A stretch of DNA of 58,850 nt, the filler included, from Porpidia crustulata (lineage: Eukaryota), in the NCBI GenBank assembly GCA_964255105.1. It is 3 parts of 3 records of this genome, joined end to end, with 100 filler letters (N's around TTAATTAATTAA, not from the genome) between each part and the next. Parts side by side here need not be neighbours in the genome. Positions count along the whole stretch, not along the records: positions 19,676 to 39,216 come from CAXUWE010000140.1; positions 39,317 to 58,850 come from CAXUWE010000141.1; 1 more part is not named here. One strand, given 5' to 3'. Position numbers and translations under genes: made by a program. The notes under the pieces are model-generated. The model saw only the letters and a program-made list of their open reading frames with translations, did not search any database and was not told where the DNA came from. Shown in pieces: positions 37,701 to 49,121 of the stretch. Each line of letters begins with the position of its first letter. Position 1 is the stretch's first letter.

Positions 37701-38221
37701 ATTAAGTCATGCTCTTGATATGTCTTATCTCTGAGGTCCTCAAACTTTGAAGGGCCGATCTCGCGCTGCCTTCGTAAAAGGCCACAACGAGCGTAAGCCA
37801 TACGCTGTCAACGCAAGTAGGACTTGGGATATCTCATAGACCTAGCACATCCTCCGAGCTTTGTTCATACCTGTCAATCAGCATTCAGAAAGTCCCAATG
37901 GGTCTATGATGCCATACTTGCCATGTTCTACTTCAAGGGGGTCGTTCCCACACTCGTAGTACTGGCAGCTAAATTTGGACTGAAAGGAGGCAGACTTAAC
38001 AGCAAAGTATAATCACTCACACCACAATAGAAACAATTAGGGGTAAATCTGCTGAGATTTATCGTCCTCGCAAATATGTTGATAAGTCCACGAAAAATTC
38101 AGAAACCCCAAAATCCCAAGCTCGCCAAGGTGTACCTTTTCAGACTCCTTGGAGATCTTCGTCGGAAAAAATTTACTACTGGGTAAACAGGCGAGGCTTA
38201 CCTTACGCAAAAGCTATTCTC

Positions 38222-38629
38222 TCAAGAAATACGGTCGACTCTACGAACTTCTTCCTCCTCACCCCCTTCAATCCCAAATTCCAGTTTCAAACTCTCCAAC
38301 CGTTGACAACGCTCGAGCTCCGCAATGGAAGACACATACCGTAGAGCCTTATCAAACGAATCCCTCAGCTCCAACAATCCTGACGACACTGGGAGCCCGA
38401 AGATCTTTGAAGTTGCCCACGAGCCGATCTCAACGGCGTGAAGCTCGGCGTTGAGGCGGACCATGTCGTGGAGCTTGCGACGATGGTCGTCGTTGATGCG
38501 TTGCTCTTTTTCATCGAACAAGCAGAACCGGCATGGAGGGACGGTGGATAGAGCGTAGCAAGGGCGTTTCGAGGGCCGCAGTAAGGGGTCGTGGGCGCAT
38601 GGGCCGGTGATGGGCGGTGAGGTGGGCAT
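38222..38629 (-). CDS. Hypothetical protein (~135 aa) with Cys/His-rich N-terminus and helical C-terminus
   Basis: AAAATG start; C-A-H...C...C-R-F-C followed by a charged helical segment; no family recognised. Confidence 0.45.
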   Translation of the reverse strand: MPTSPPITGPCAHDPLLRPSKRPCYALSTVPPCRFCLFDEKEQRINDDHRRKLHDMVRLNAELHAVEIGSWATSKIFGLPVSSGLLELRDSFDKALRYVSSIAELERCQRLESLKLEFGIEGGEEEEVRRVDRIS

Positions 38630-39216
38630 TTTGGTGGATTTAGCTGGGTTGGATTTGGGGGGGAGCTGGTTACTTAGGTTGGGAAGTTGAGTATACTCGA
38701 GATTGTTTCGGAGCACAAAATGATTTTCGGTTTTGAAGGTAATTATAAGCTCGATCTTCCGCACGTCAGAAAATGCTAGGTAAAAAGTCCTGTTTGTCGT
38801 CATCACTTGACCACCCCCCCCCAAAAGAAACAAGTCCACTGTTCCTCTGCAAAGACAAATCAGGCACAAAGTTTCAAAAGAAACAGACAATCCCCCCCTC
38901 CATGTCCCAAGAGGCTGCTGCAATGTTCTCTGAGCGAGCAAAACATGACGCTGAGTATCTAGCAAACACCAAGCTCCTAACCTTGCTTTAACAAATCTAA
39001 ATCACCTCTACCTCTACCAACTCACCTACCTCTACCAACCATCCCATCGCATCTCCAACAAACCACCCCAACTCACAACAAGCTTCGAGACGGAAAATGC
39101 GGACCTGGAAACTCGAAACAGCCGGTAAGGTTCCTATCAGCTGGGTTTTGGGGGATGGAGGGTTTCTGGGTTCTGGGAAGTGGTGTTGTTGGGATGTGGG
39201 CAAAGAGGGGGAGAGG

Positions 39217-39316
39217 NNNNNNNNNNNNNNNNNNNNNNNNNNNNNNNNNNNNNNNNNNNNTTAATTAATTAANNNNNNNNNNNNNNNNNNNNNNNNNNNN
39301 NNNNNNNNNNNNNNNN
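39217..39316. other. Artificial contig-joining spacer
   Basis: 44 N + TTAATTAATTAA + 44 N. Confidence 0.98.
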
Positions 39317-41314
39317 ATCCTGGCTCGGGACCTTGATATCGCAGGTTTTGCAATGGATGCAGCTATTTGCTCAAGTCAGCGCCTGTCACCCCATTCCAAA
39401 CCCCAACCGCTCTGCTCAAAATGCCAAAAAGATGGAAAAAAGAAGGCGCGGGGATGGAACGACGAGACGTACTTCTGAGCATTAATCTGGAACCGGACTC
39501 CGAGATCCTCGCCCGCATCCTCGACGTATTCGTACACGCCGGCGGGACAAAAGCGGTTCTCGACGCCCTTGTACTTGGGCCACTGGTCGCGCGCGTGCTC
39601 CTGCCACTCCCGCTGCACCTGCAAATGTACGGGCTGGTCCTCTTCGTGGTTTGTACCCGTGCGGCTTACGCTCGTCAGGATATCAAACGAGATCTTGCCG
39701 TCGGGTTTCGGATATTCGATTTTCTGGCATTGATCGGCAAGCTTGGTCGCGCCGGCGTCGGTGCCGGCGTGCTTGAGGGTCCAGGGCGTGCGGCCGCGAA
39801 GGAGGTAGGCTTCGAGGCCGGAGTAGACGATTCCGCCGTAGAGGCCGAGGGGGGAGTGGAAGGACGGGCGCATGTTGCGGACCTCCTTTAGCTCTTTCCA
39901 GATAGAGCTTTCGCGTAGGCTGTCCTCGAAGTCGTATAGGAAGACGGTGCCAGCGTCCGGGTTAGTGATAAGGGCGGAATAGGCGGCCTGAGCGGCAAGC
40001 ATGCCGCTGCGCATGGCAGTGTGCGTGCCTTTGATTTTGGGGACATTAAGGAAGCCGGCGGTGTCGCCGATTAGGGCGCCGCCAGGAAAGGCGCACTTAG
40101 GGATGGATTGAAATCCACCTTCATTGAGAGCACGGGCACCATAGGAGATACATTTTCCGCCCTCAATGACGGATTTGTAAAGAGGGTGGTGCTTGAGCTT
40201 CTGGAACTCGCCGTAGGGGGATAACCAGGGGTTAGGGTAGTCGAGGCCGACGACAAGACCGAGAGAGACGAGATTATCGCCAAAATGATAGAGCCAGCCA
40301 CCACCATAGGTCGAAGAGGGTAAGGGGTAGCCCATAGAGTGGACAACCTCGCCTTTGCGGAAATTTTCTGGTTTCACCTCCCAGACTTCTTTGAGCCCGA
40401 GGCCGTAGGTTTGGGGTTGTGAGTCCCGGCGGAGATCAAACTTCTGAATGACCTGTTTCGTAAGGCTACCGTGACAGCCTTCGGCAAAGAGCGTGACGCG
40501 GGCGTGGAACTCCATGCCTCGCTCGAAGGAGTCCTTTGGTTTTCCATTGCGTCCCACCCCTAGATCGTTTGTAGCAACGCCTTTTACTGACCCATCAGAT
40601 TTGTATACAACCTCGCTCGCGGCAAACCCAGGGTAAACTTCCACTCCAATTTCCTCTGCTCGTTCTCCCAGCCACTTGCAGAATTGATTGAGGCTGATGA
40701 TATAATTCCCATGGTTGTTCATCTGGGGTGGTGCAGGAATCGGTATCGAGCGATTCTTCGTCAAGAAACGCATCTTATCATGAGTTGCTGGTGTGGCATC
40801 CTCGAAGCGTGATGGATTTTCAGGCGAATTCCAATCGGGAAGAAGCTCGTTGACGGCCGAGGGTTCAATGACATTGCCGGAAAGTATGTGAGCACCTATT
40901 TCTCCAGCCTTCTCGAGCAATAAGACTCGAAAATCCTCATTGCCGGCTTCGTTGGCAAGCTGCTTCAGACGAATGGCAGCACTGAGACCAGCAGGACCTG
41001 AGCATAGGTAAGCGACCGGGTTGTACAGGACGATCTGGAGGAATACCTCCACCGACGATACAAACATCGACTTCATCGCTCTCGCGGTCTTGCTGCCTTG
41101 GATCGGATCTTTCCTCAACGGCATCAAGAGGCCGCAATGCTGCCCTTGAAAAGACCCTGATAGAAGTACTGAAGGCTCTCGGCCTGTACTGAAAGAGGTA
41201 ACGCCGGCGAGCTGGAGGAAAGTGTGAAAATGCTCTTGGAGCTAGTGAGGTCTGGTTGTTCAGCACGGACAGGCTTCTCCTTACCACGGGTGAGATAGAA
41301 GCTTTGGAAACCAT
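39317..41314 (-). CDS. CIR2: Electron transfer flavoprotein-ubiquinone oxidoreductase (ETF-QO/ETFDH), 3' end cut by the contig end
   Basis: Presequence; DVCIVGG|GPAGLSAAIRLKQ; AEGCHGSL; YGARALNEGG; GFLNVPKIKGTH; RFCPAGVYE; last visible exon N|CIHCKTCDIKVPSQD (4Fe-4S motif) runs into the Ns. Confidence 0.97.
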
Positions 41315-41742
41315 TTTGGCAGTGGTGGCCAAGTGGGATAGAGGTGGGGGGGAACGAGATGGAGAATGAAGCGATTCAAACGTCGCCCACTTGCGGAGAA
41401 TCGCCGCCCGCCCAGACCTCGGCTTCTTCTATTTGCCCCCCTTCTGAGTAGCTCATTAGCGTAGTTTTCATTATGCATTGCTTTGCTTGTCTTTGATCTC
41501 ATACACAGAATGACTGTTGGTAGCCATGATAGCAGTGCTGGGTAATTTTACTTGACTTTGGAGGTACGGCTCAGCTAGAGATTTGACTACGAAACCAAGT
41601 AGATAATCTCGATGAAAGCTTTCTTCATGAAGCTAAGCATACTAAATATCTAGACTTTTCAAATTTCCCTTTGACAACCCCCGAGAACAAATCTAGTATA
41701 CGTCAAGCGTGCTCGACAATCACCAATACCGTGTGAAGGATA

Positions 41743-44700
41743 TCATGCTTCTGGTCCTTCCGCCTGCCTTGAAGTCACTTGCTCAGCCATTTCCACCGTT
41801 CCACTCGCTGATTTTGCATTTTCTCCACGAAAATCTTCGGCGATTGGACTACTCATCTTGCTTGCAGGTGGGACACTTGGAGCTGACGACGGTGATTCTG
41901 GTGCCGGAAGCTCATTCTCGGTTGCAACCTCCGTACTTGATGCAGGGAGGGTATTGCTTGCTAGCTCCTCTTTCTTAGTCGCACGAAGTGGTTCTTGTAC
42001 AGTAGGCGGGCTAGCTTCTAAGGGGGCGTTCGCTCTGGCCTCGATCTCTTTAGCCCCTTGTACTACCGGGTCTTCTATTGCTTCTGGCCCTATGCTGGAG
42101 TTAGGGACATGGGATGCCTCCGATAGTCCATCGTAACCTTCAGCTTTTGCGCCTGGTGCGTTCAAGGCCGCGTTGACAATACTGAGCAAACCGCTGTCAC
42201 CGACTTCCCATACCGTCCACGGCTCTTGTACAGCCCAGCGACCTTTCTCGGTAGGCTCTTCTGTCAGCGACACTGGTGCAGATGCAGCTGCAGGTTTCCG
42301 TCTTGCGGGTCCTCTAGCGCGCCCTTTGCGCGCATCGGCCAGAGGAGCTTTCTCTTCTTCGGGATCCTCTTCCGTCAAAGCTTTTTCTTGCGGTTTAGAT
42401 GGAGCTTGAGGTCCGAGCTGAAGCCGTTTGTCAAGATCGGATAGGAACCCTGCTTTCAGTGCGGCGATTTTGCTGCCTGCGGGCCGGGATGGTACAGCAG
42501 GCTTTAGCTTTGGCGCCGGCGGTAAAATGGTACTCCCACCATTATCGTCGGCCACTCCTCCACTCAGGGTTGATGACGCAGACGTGACTTTGGAGAGTGG
42601 AATAGGCTCTGCAGAATCACGAGAAATGGGTTTTGCTGGGCGGATCGGCACCTGGGGTTTGGGTCTTTCGGGTAGAACAGGGGCTTTCCGCAACTCAGGT
42701 GACGTAGGGGAAGACTCGGCCGAAGCTTTTGAAGGTGGAGGAATATCCGTGGGTGGCACTTGATGGGACCTCTTCGATGGTCGTGCTGGTATTGAAGGCG
42801 GAGCTTGCACACCAGACCTCGAGGAATCTGCTTGATTGTTGCTCTTGATTGGACGTGGTGGAATGCTCGGCTTCTCCACAGCTACCGCACCAGCCGTAGC
42901 AGCTTCTCGAGCTTGATCGCCAACGATCTTACCTTCATTTGGACGTCCAGATGTCCGCACTACAGCCCCAGCTATCAAGCCCTCATCTATTGGATTCTTT
43001 GGATCGTCACCTTGAGGCTCTCCCACAGTAGTCTCCAAACAAGCACTATCTGGCGAGTCTTCCCATATATCGCGACTAGGAAATCTTTGCTTTAAGCCCG
43101 GCTTCTGGTTCTCGCTGAGGAGATGTGGCTTGAAATTGGAGTTAGCTAAACGTTCCTCTCTTGGTATCAATTTGGCCTTTTCATCCTCACTGACTTCACC
43201 CTTGCGCGTGGCTTCAGTCTCGGGACTTTCAAATACCGTAGAAGGCGGCTTGGCTTGTATATTTTCATGCTCAGTGGGTTCAGGAGTGGACACTGTGGCC
43301 TGTAATTGCAGACTGTTTGGGGTGTCTTCCCATATATCTTGGCTGGGGAATCTTCTCTTCATAAGCATCTCGCGGCGCTTAAAATGTTCTGTGGCAGGAA
43401 TCGGTCGCCCCTCCTTGTCCTCTTCTTCGGGAAATAATGGCTCGTACTCTTCAACGTCCTCCAAGGGTGTATGCATGTCTTCACGCTCATCGTGAGAAGT
43501 GAACCTTGACAGCCCCGGAAGTGAGCCATGTATGCTTCCCGGTCGGCTTCCCGGCCTACTGTTGGAAGCGCTACCTGACCGGCTGCCGTTCCGGAACCCA
43601 CTCTGATATGATGGGGCTGCGTCTGAATCTATTCCAGCGTAGTAATTGCTGCCTCGTCGCTCTTGGGCGGGAGACACAGCAGGTTGCAGATATTCAGACC
43701 CTGGCTCTTTTGCAACTTCATCCGAGGCAAGGATTGGAACACCGTATCCTGTTTCGTCAATCCAGCCTCCCTCGGCTTCAGTATTACCCCCGTGCGGGCC
43801 AAGATCCTCCGTGGGAGGATTGTACCCGTTGCCACCAATTTTATCTCTACGAGTCGTGGGTGGAGGCACATGGATTTCATCATCGTCGGTCTCACTTTCC
43901 AGTGCGTGCTCGGAAGAGGGACGAGCAAATGATTGACGTTGACTTGATCTATCAAACCCCTCTTTTCCCTCAACGTCAACTGGAAAGCTTGTTTTCCGCA
44001 ACGGTGAATCAACGTGAGTCTGCGAATTATTTGAGTGCGCCTTGCCATGGTATGTAGTAGATTGCGGGGTATTGATACGTGATATATATGCTTCTGAAGC
44101 CATGTAGCCAATTTGTTCATTGGGTAGTCCAGCAACGTTTGCGGATGTTCCTATAGAAATTAGCCGATTTCTTTGATATTCTTGTCCAGTGGAAAGATTA
44201 CCAAAGCCTGCGCCCCTACTTGCAGTCTGTCTGACTATCTTGTTAAGATCGTCACTACTGAGGGCCCACTCGCCCCTTGAACCACCGATACCTGGGCCGT
44301 AGAGACCATTTTCCTCTCTTACCAATGCATCAGGATGTTTGTCATACCAATCCTTTTCGAACCGGTCCGTGTGCTGAACACCGTGCCCATGCAGCCCGTA
44401 ACTTCCAGGCGGTCCATTGAAAACCTCCTTACCGCTACGAGTGCGGTCATGATGTCTTCCAGGTTTTTGCCGACCATCATTATGAAGGCCAATGGCGGAA
44501 GGAAATGTCTGGGAGTAAGGTGAGGGTGACGGGGCTTGGACATCGCCAGCGTCAGGATACATCGGTACCCTCTGGCCGATTTCGGGTATGCCATGGTCGC
44601 TATCACCGGCCTGAGAGCCTGGGCGTTCAGTCGAAGCCGAAGACTCGGTTCGGTTGAAACTGGTTCTGGATTTCAGGGAACGAGAATAAGGGTTCTTGTC

Positions 44701-45240
44701 GTCACCGGACAACGGGGTTGATGCCTTTCCGATGCCACTCGCAGCTGCCTGATTTGAGTCTGTACGGGTCACAGCAGATACTCTTGCCTTCGCAGTCGAG
44801 CTGGAGAATGAGGGCCTAGGTGCATGGAGAGGCAAATCGCTCCCGACATTTCTTGTCTGTTCCGGTTCCTTTTCAGGTCGTTCGTCTCCCACCGCCGAGT
44901 CTTCAGCCTTTGAGTAGTCAATATCTGCGTATTCATTTCCCTCTTGTCCAATCGAGGGTAATGACACGCTTGGCGGACGTCGGGGTAAGTCTAGATTCGA
45001 GCCAGACTCATTGTGATTGGTGTACAAACTCCCACTCTTGTTTCCCAGGTTCATGCTGAGAGGTACTTCATTCAGAGGCGATCTTGGAAAGCTATCTCGG
45101 TTTGGTGACCTGGATTGGTCCACATCTCGACGTCCGGGCCTTGGGGGGATCTTCGGCGCATCCATACCGGCAGATGTGGTTGGTTGCTGCTGTTGCTGCT
45201 GTGATCGACTGGGTCGGGGAGGAATCTGCGGTGCCGACAT
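41743..45240 (-). CDS. AIM21: Aim21-like Pro-rich actin-patch protein
   Basis: IPEIGQRVPMYPDAGDVQAPSP; two RFPSxDIWED motifs; KIAALKAGFLSDL.KRLQLGPQ; CPI-like LADARKGRARGPARRKP; in-frame intron 44151-44201. Confidence 0.85.
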   Translation of the reverse strand: MSAPQIPPRPSRSQQQQQQPTTSAGMDAPKIPPRPGRRDVDQSRSPNRDSFPRSPLNEVPLSMNLGNKSGSLYTNHNESGSNLDLPRRPPSVSLPSIGQEGNEYADIDYSKAEDSAVGDERPEKEPEQTRNVGSDLPLHAPRPSFSSSTAKARVSAVTRTDSNQAAASGIGKASTPLSGDDKNPYSRSLKSRTSFNRTESSASTERPGSQAGDSDHGIPEIGQRVPMYPDAGDVQAPSPSPYSQTFPSAIGLHNDGRQKPGRHHDRTRSGKEVFNGPPGSYGLHGHGVQHTDRFEKDWYDKHPDALVREENGLYGPGIGGSRGEWALSSDDLNKIVRQTASRGAGFGNLSTGQEYQRNRLISIGTSANVAGLPNEQIGYMASEAYISRINTPQSTTYHGKAHSNNSQTHVDSPLRKTSFPVDVEGKEGFDRSSQRQSFARPSSEHALESETDDDEIHVPPPTTRRDKIGGNGYNPPTEDLGPHGGNTEAEGGWIDETGYGVPILASDEVAKEPGSEYLQPAVSPAQERRGSNYYAGIDSDAAPSYQSGFRNGSRSGSASNSRPGSRPGSIHGSLPGLSRFTSHDEREDMHTPLEDVEEYEPLFPEEEDKEGRPIPATEHFKRREMLMKRRFPSQDIWEDTPNSLQLQATVSTPEPTEHENIQAKPPSTVFESPETEATRKGEVSEDEKAKLIPREERLANSNFKPHLLSENQKPGLKQRFPSRDIWEDSPDSACLETTVGEPQGDDPKNPIDEGLIAGAVVRTSGRPNEGKIVGDQAREAATAGAVAVEKPSIPPRPIKSNNQADSSRSGVQAPPSIPARPSKRSHQVPPTDIPPPSKASAESSPTSPELRKAPVLPERPKPQVPIRPAKPISRDSAEPIPLSKVTSASSTLSGGVADDNGGSTILPPAPKLKPAVPSRPAGSKIAALKAGFLSDLDKRLQLGPQAPSKPQEKALTEEDPEEEKAPLADARKGRARGPARRKPAAASAPVSLTEEPTEKGRWAVQEPWTVWEVGDSGLLSIVNAALNAPGAKAEGYDGLSEASHVPNSSIGPEAIEDPVVQGAKEIEARANAPLEASPPTVQEPLRATKKEELASNTLPASSTEVATENELPAPESPSSAPSVPPASKMSSPIAEDFRGENAKSASGTVEMAEQVTSRQAEGPEA

Positions 45241-46353
45241 ATCGTTCAACGAGTAGTTCAGATTGTCCGTGGGCTATGCTGTTTATGTGTTAGTAATTGG
45301 CAGAATAATATGGGGTTCCCAACATATGCTTCGAAAGAGCGTGTATCTTGAGCCTGTTGTGCAGGCGTTTATTACTACGAGAATTGTAAGAAAATGTGCA
45401 ATTAGAATAACTCGATGACAATAGCATGGAATTGAAAGCATTGGTGATTTATTGCGTTATAAAAGCTGAGCTCGTCGTCGTGGTACATAGTCCGCATGAA
45501 CCAAGTAGTTCCCAACACAACATCCTGCATAACATCAATGAACAAATTAACTGCCACTCACTATTAGAAATTTCAGAATTCAATTGAGGGGAATAGTAGT
45601 AATGTTGGAAACGGTGTAGACTTCCATTCAATTATAAGACTCTCTGTATGAGCGGTGGGGGGGTGAGATCAAGGCATTTAAAGATCAACCAACTTGCAGG
45701 CACCGTGATGAGGTGCTACGCTAATGCATTTGGGGTTTAGACTACCCCGTAAACTCGGGCCTAATGCCGAAGTGGGAGATCCTAAGCAAAGCGAGAAAGT
45801 CACTATACCTGCTTGCCCATGGAAGAGCGACGTTCATGTGTACAGATGAACATTACGACCGATAGAAACCGAAGGAGGACTTTCTTCGATAACAAGATTC
45901 TCTGTTCGTTTCTTTACCTCATCATCTGTGGAGCAGTGGCGGGATACTGTGTGCTTGTGGCGTATGCACGAGATACTATTATTTTCTCCTCACGTGGATC
46001 ATCGCGCTTTGACTTGCCCGGAATTCGACGAATGAGAAGCTGCATGGGCACAATCACGGCCAGAGACGATCTTTATGCGCCGCCGCTGTAAACGCTTTTG
46101 CTCGTGGATCCTGCGTCTGCTTCTTTTGCGTATTCAAGCGCGGGACAAGACCCAAACCCATAACACCGCCGCCTTAAAACAACCACGGAAGCTGAAGTAC
46201 ACGGACAAAAATCCTAGAAATACACATGCCCCCCAACAAGTCCCACTATTCATGGTTGATCACTGAAGAAGACCTTTGCCAGACCAAACGGTGTAATATG
46301 CGGCCGTGTCGCTGCAGACAGATTGCGGCCAACAACTTTCCCCTCGCCGACTC

Positions 46354-47190
46354 TCAAACGATCATCTGCGCAACACCTTGACCGCCCAATGTTTTACTGC
46401 CCACAAATCCTTGCCCCTTGAAGCCAGCAATTGCGTAGCAAATTGCTGCCAATAAGAGTACCACAGCCGCGGCGATTAAGCTTGTTGGAAACCTGATAAT
46501 ACTAAGCCATTGCACAAGGCTCATGCCACCATAGATGGCAGCCCGCATGTAGTTCGTCGTGAATCGCCGGATGAAATCGTCGAAGGTGCTGGACGTAGGG
46601 CAGATACGCAGAAGCAGCGGTACTTCAATAAATATGAGTGTGAGGCCCGAGAGACTGCGTCAAGAATCAGCATCGCAGAAGCTGCGTATAGTTCGTTAAT
46701 ATCCCAGAATTGCTTACAGGCATATGATGCTGAATAATATGATAATATCAAGATGAAGCAGGTTCGAGATCCCCACGGCAATGCAGAGCAGTATGCATAG
46801 TACGCCCATCCTGTAAACCCGCCAAAGTCAGCCGATATCCCTGGACAATATTGCTGCAGCTTTTGCATTCATGTGACCAGATGAATTTGAGAGCTGCAGA
46901 ACTCTGAGCCTCGAAATTCCTTTGCTTTTAGCGGCATGCAGAATTTTGGTATTGAAGCCCCTATGAGCAAGAAGCCGGCTCTCGTCCTCTGCACTCTTCC
47001 ACGCAGTCTGAAGGGGATCTTTAATAGCCGGGTAAAGCAATATCAAAGGATTTATGCTAGCATGCGATTTTTAAACTGACCATTGTCCATATATGCCTAA
47101 AGTACGCGCATCGTCAGCTACTTCCTCCATACCTGTCTCAATCATTCACTCACTGAAGTTGCGCGACTTAAACTCCTCCGCAATAGTCAT
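46354..47190 (-). CDS. TVP18: Golgi membrane protein Tvp18, four exons
   Basis: MTIAEEFKSRNFS|IYGQW|MGVLCILLC...|...FIEVPLLLRICPTS..FDDFIRRFTTNYMRAA...FVGSKTLGGQGVAQMIV*. Confidence 0.93.
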
Positions 47191-48101
47191 CGTGACTCCT
47201 CCTACCTATGTTATTCGAGGCGACAGTTCCTATGCTCAGAGGGTCGAAGTTCCGAATTCAGCTGCTATCAGGTTGTTGTTCTCTGGGCACAGAGAATTCT
47301 CTTGGGAGAATGGCTGAGTGGGCTGACTGAGTACGAGGAGGATTGAATACAGAGTGATAGGCCTGAAAGACTCAACGCAGTTTGAGCAGTGAATGAAGAT
47401 TCGTATATGATTGTTATTTATGAGATGTTGCCTAATTCTTTGTCGTGGCTTCTCCATCAAATGCCAGACATCGCTAGCGCACGGTCCTTCATGTGGCTTA
47501 GTCCTCCCGCCCTCGGGGTTTGGGTCTTAGCGGTTATTACAATGGTGCGCTAAACCGTTGCACTATTGATATTAACTCTATACACACAGCCAGATTACCA
47601 ATTACGATATCAATGTGTACCAATTTTGCCTACGCTGCGCTTTGGCGCTGTATCAGCAGCGATTACTGGCTGGTGAGCATATACCTATGAAGCCTCCTCG
47701 AGCCTCAGCCACATGCCACGTCATGCTGGCTTGGTGGACGCGCAGCCCTCAAAAAACTGTGATACTACGTAGTATGCTCTTAATTAGTGGAATGTTGACC
47801 GGCTTTGCCATGATAACTTAAGCGAATGGCAATTATAATAGCATCCAATGCCCACCAGTCTGCAGCAAGGTTTGAGGACCCTGGACAGTACTAAATGTAT
47901 TCCGAAGCTTGAAGAGCATAAGCCGCTAATGGAGTTGCATCATGAAATCCTCCCATCGAGCACTTGTCACATGGGATTTAGAGGTATGAGGCTCGATAAT
48001 GTTGGCAGAGCCTCCCTTGTATTTGATGCTTCTTCGGCACCCAACACAAGACCTTCTGCCGGTTGTTTGGCAGCTTATTCTAAAACTCTCCAATCGCGCG
48101 C

Positions 48102-48841
48102 TCATGCTCCCGCATAAATCAACCGAAAAACATCGTTGAAAACAAAGAAGCTACCTGCACCATCAGGCATTAGTTGGAACACTTGAGTATAGTTCATCGG
48201 CCGCTGTTCCTCATCGACCTAGTAGGATAACAAGATTAGCATTTGTAGACCGTAACATAATTCGATTTATGCGTGATGGGACATGCTCCTACCAGTAGTG
48301 CTCCAGTAACCATTACCAGAATCCCACCAGTCTCGTTCGAAGGCTGTGCGTCTAGGGTCGCAACTCGGTGAATCACATTACCGAAGGGGAGAGACTAATT
48401 AGCACAATGTCAGCGGAGGCGTCGATGCCAGCGACACAAGATTTGGCGCACCGAGAGTTTCTCAATGATATTTGCTACGCCCTGTACTGCAGCGGTTTCA
48501 AATGTGAGCATCGATTGGTCGCGCTAGCCCCACACAGTAGTCAGCACTGATCTGTACATCTCGGGTGCTTCCCACCTACATATAGAGCCGATAGCTTTGT
48601 CCGGTCACTATCGAAGGTGTTGTAGTAGAATTGTGTAAACTGTTCTGTTTCAATCTTCAGCTGGCGCTAACCGTTTGAAGCCCAGTGTTCGTTATGAAAG
48701 CATGGAGCAATCTGGTAGACTCACCGGCAATAGCTGTGAAATCTGCTTTCCGACGTCAGCCTTTATCACATGCCTTCGACACCAACTGGACTGCCCCTGA
48801 ACAGGCAGCTTCATGGCGTGAGTGTTGTACAAACCTGCCAT
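48102..48841 (-). CDS. NTF2: Nuclear transport factor 2, six short exons (missed by the ORF track)
   Basis: MA|DFTAIA|EQFTQFYYNTFDSDR..L..LY|RDQSMLTFE...|SLPF....HRVATLDAQPS...GILVMVTGALL|VDEEQRPMNYTQVFQL.PDGAGSFFVFNDVFRLIY. Confidence 0.97.
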
Positions 48842-48890
48842 CCTGACGTTATCTATAATTGTAGATTGTATTCATATACTCGCTGGCAGT

Positions 48891-48940
48891 ATGTAGACGG
48901 TATTTGGAGATAAATATGTAGACAGTATTTGGTGATAAAT
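48891..48940. repeat. 25-bp tandem duplication (two copies, two mismatches) in the NTF2/kinase divergent promoter
   Basis: ATGTAGACGGTATTTGGAGATAAAT / ATGTAGACAGTATTTGGTGATAAAT. Confidence 0.9.
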
Positions 48941-49121
48941 AAGACTGTGCGATGTAGGTATCTAAAGATACGGTACTCTAGTAGTGGGGTGGAGGGGGTG
49001 AAGAGGCCGACGTGAATCCTGCTAAAAACCGCGCTTACGCGCTAGAGTACGTAGATCGCTAGAACCCGTGAACCCTTAATACTGACTCTCGGTGAACATA
49101 AATACATCCTTCACCTGCCTC

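Noticed and set aside
39317..39365. ETF-QO lacking its last residues and stop codon
   Set aside because: Truncated by the contig end, not pseudogenised
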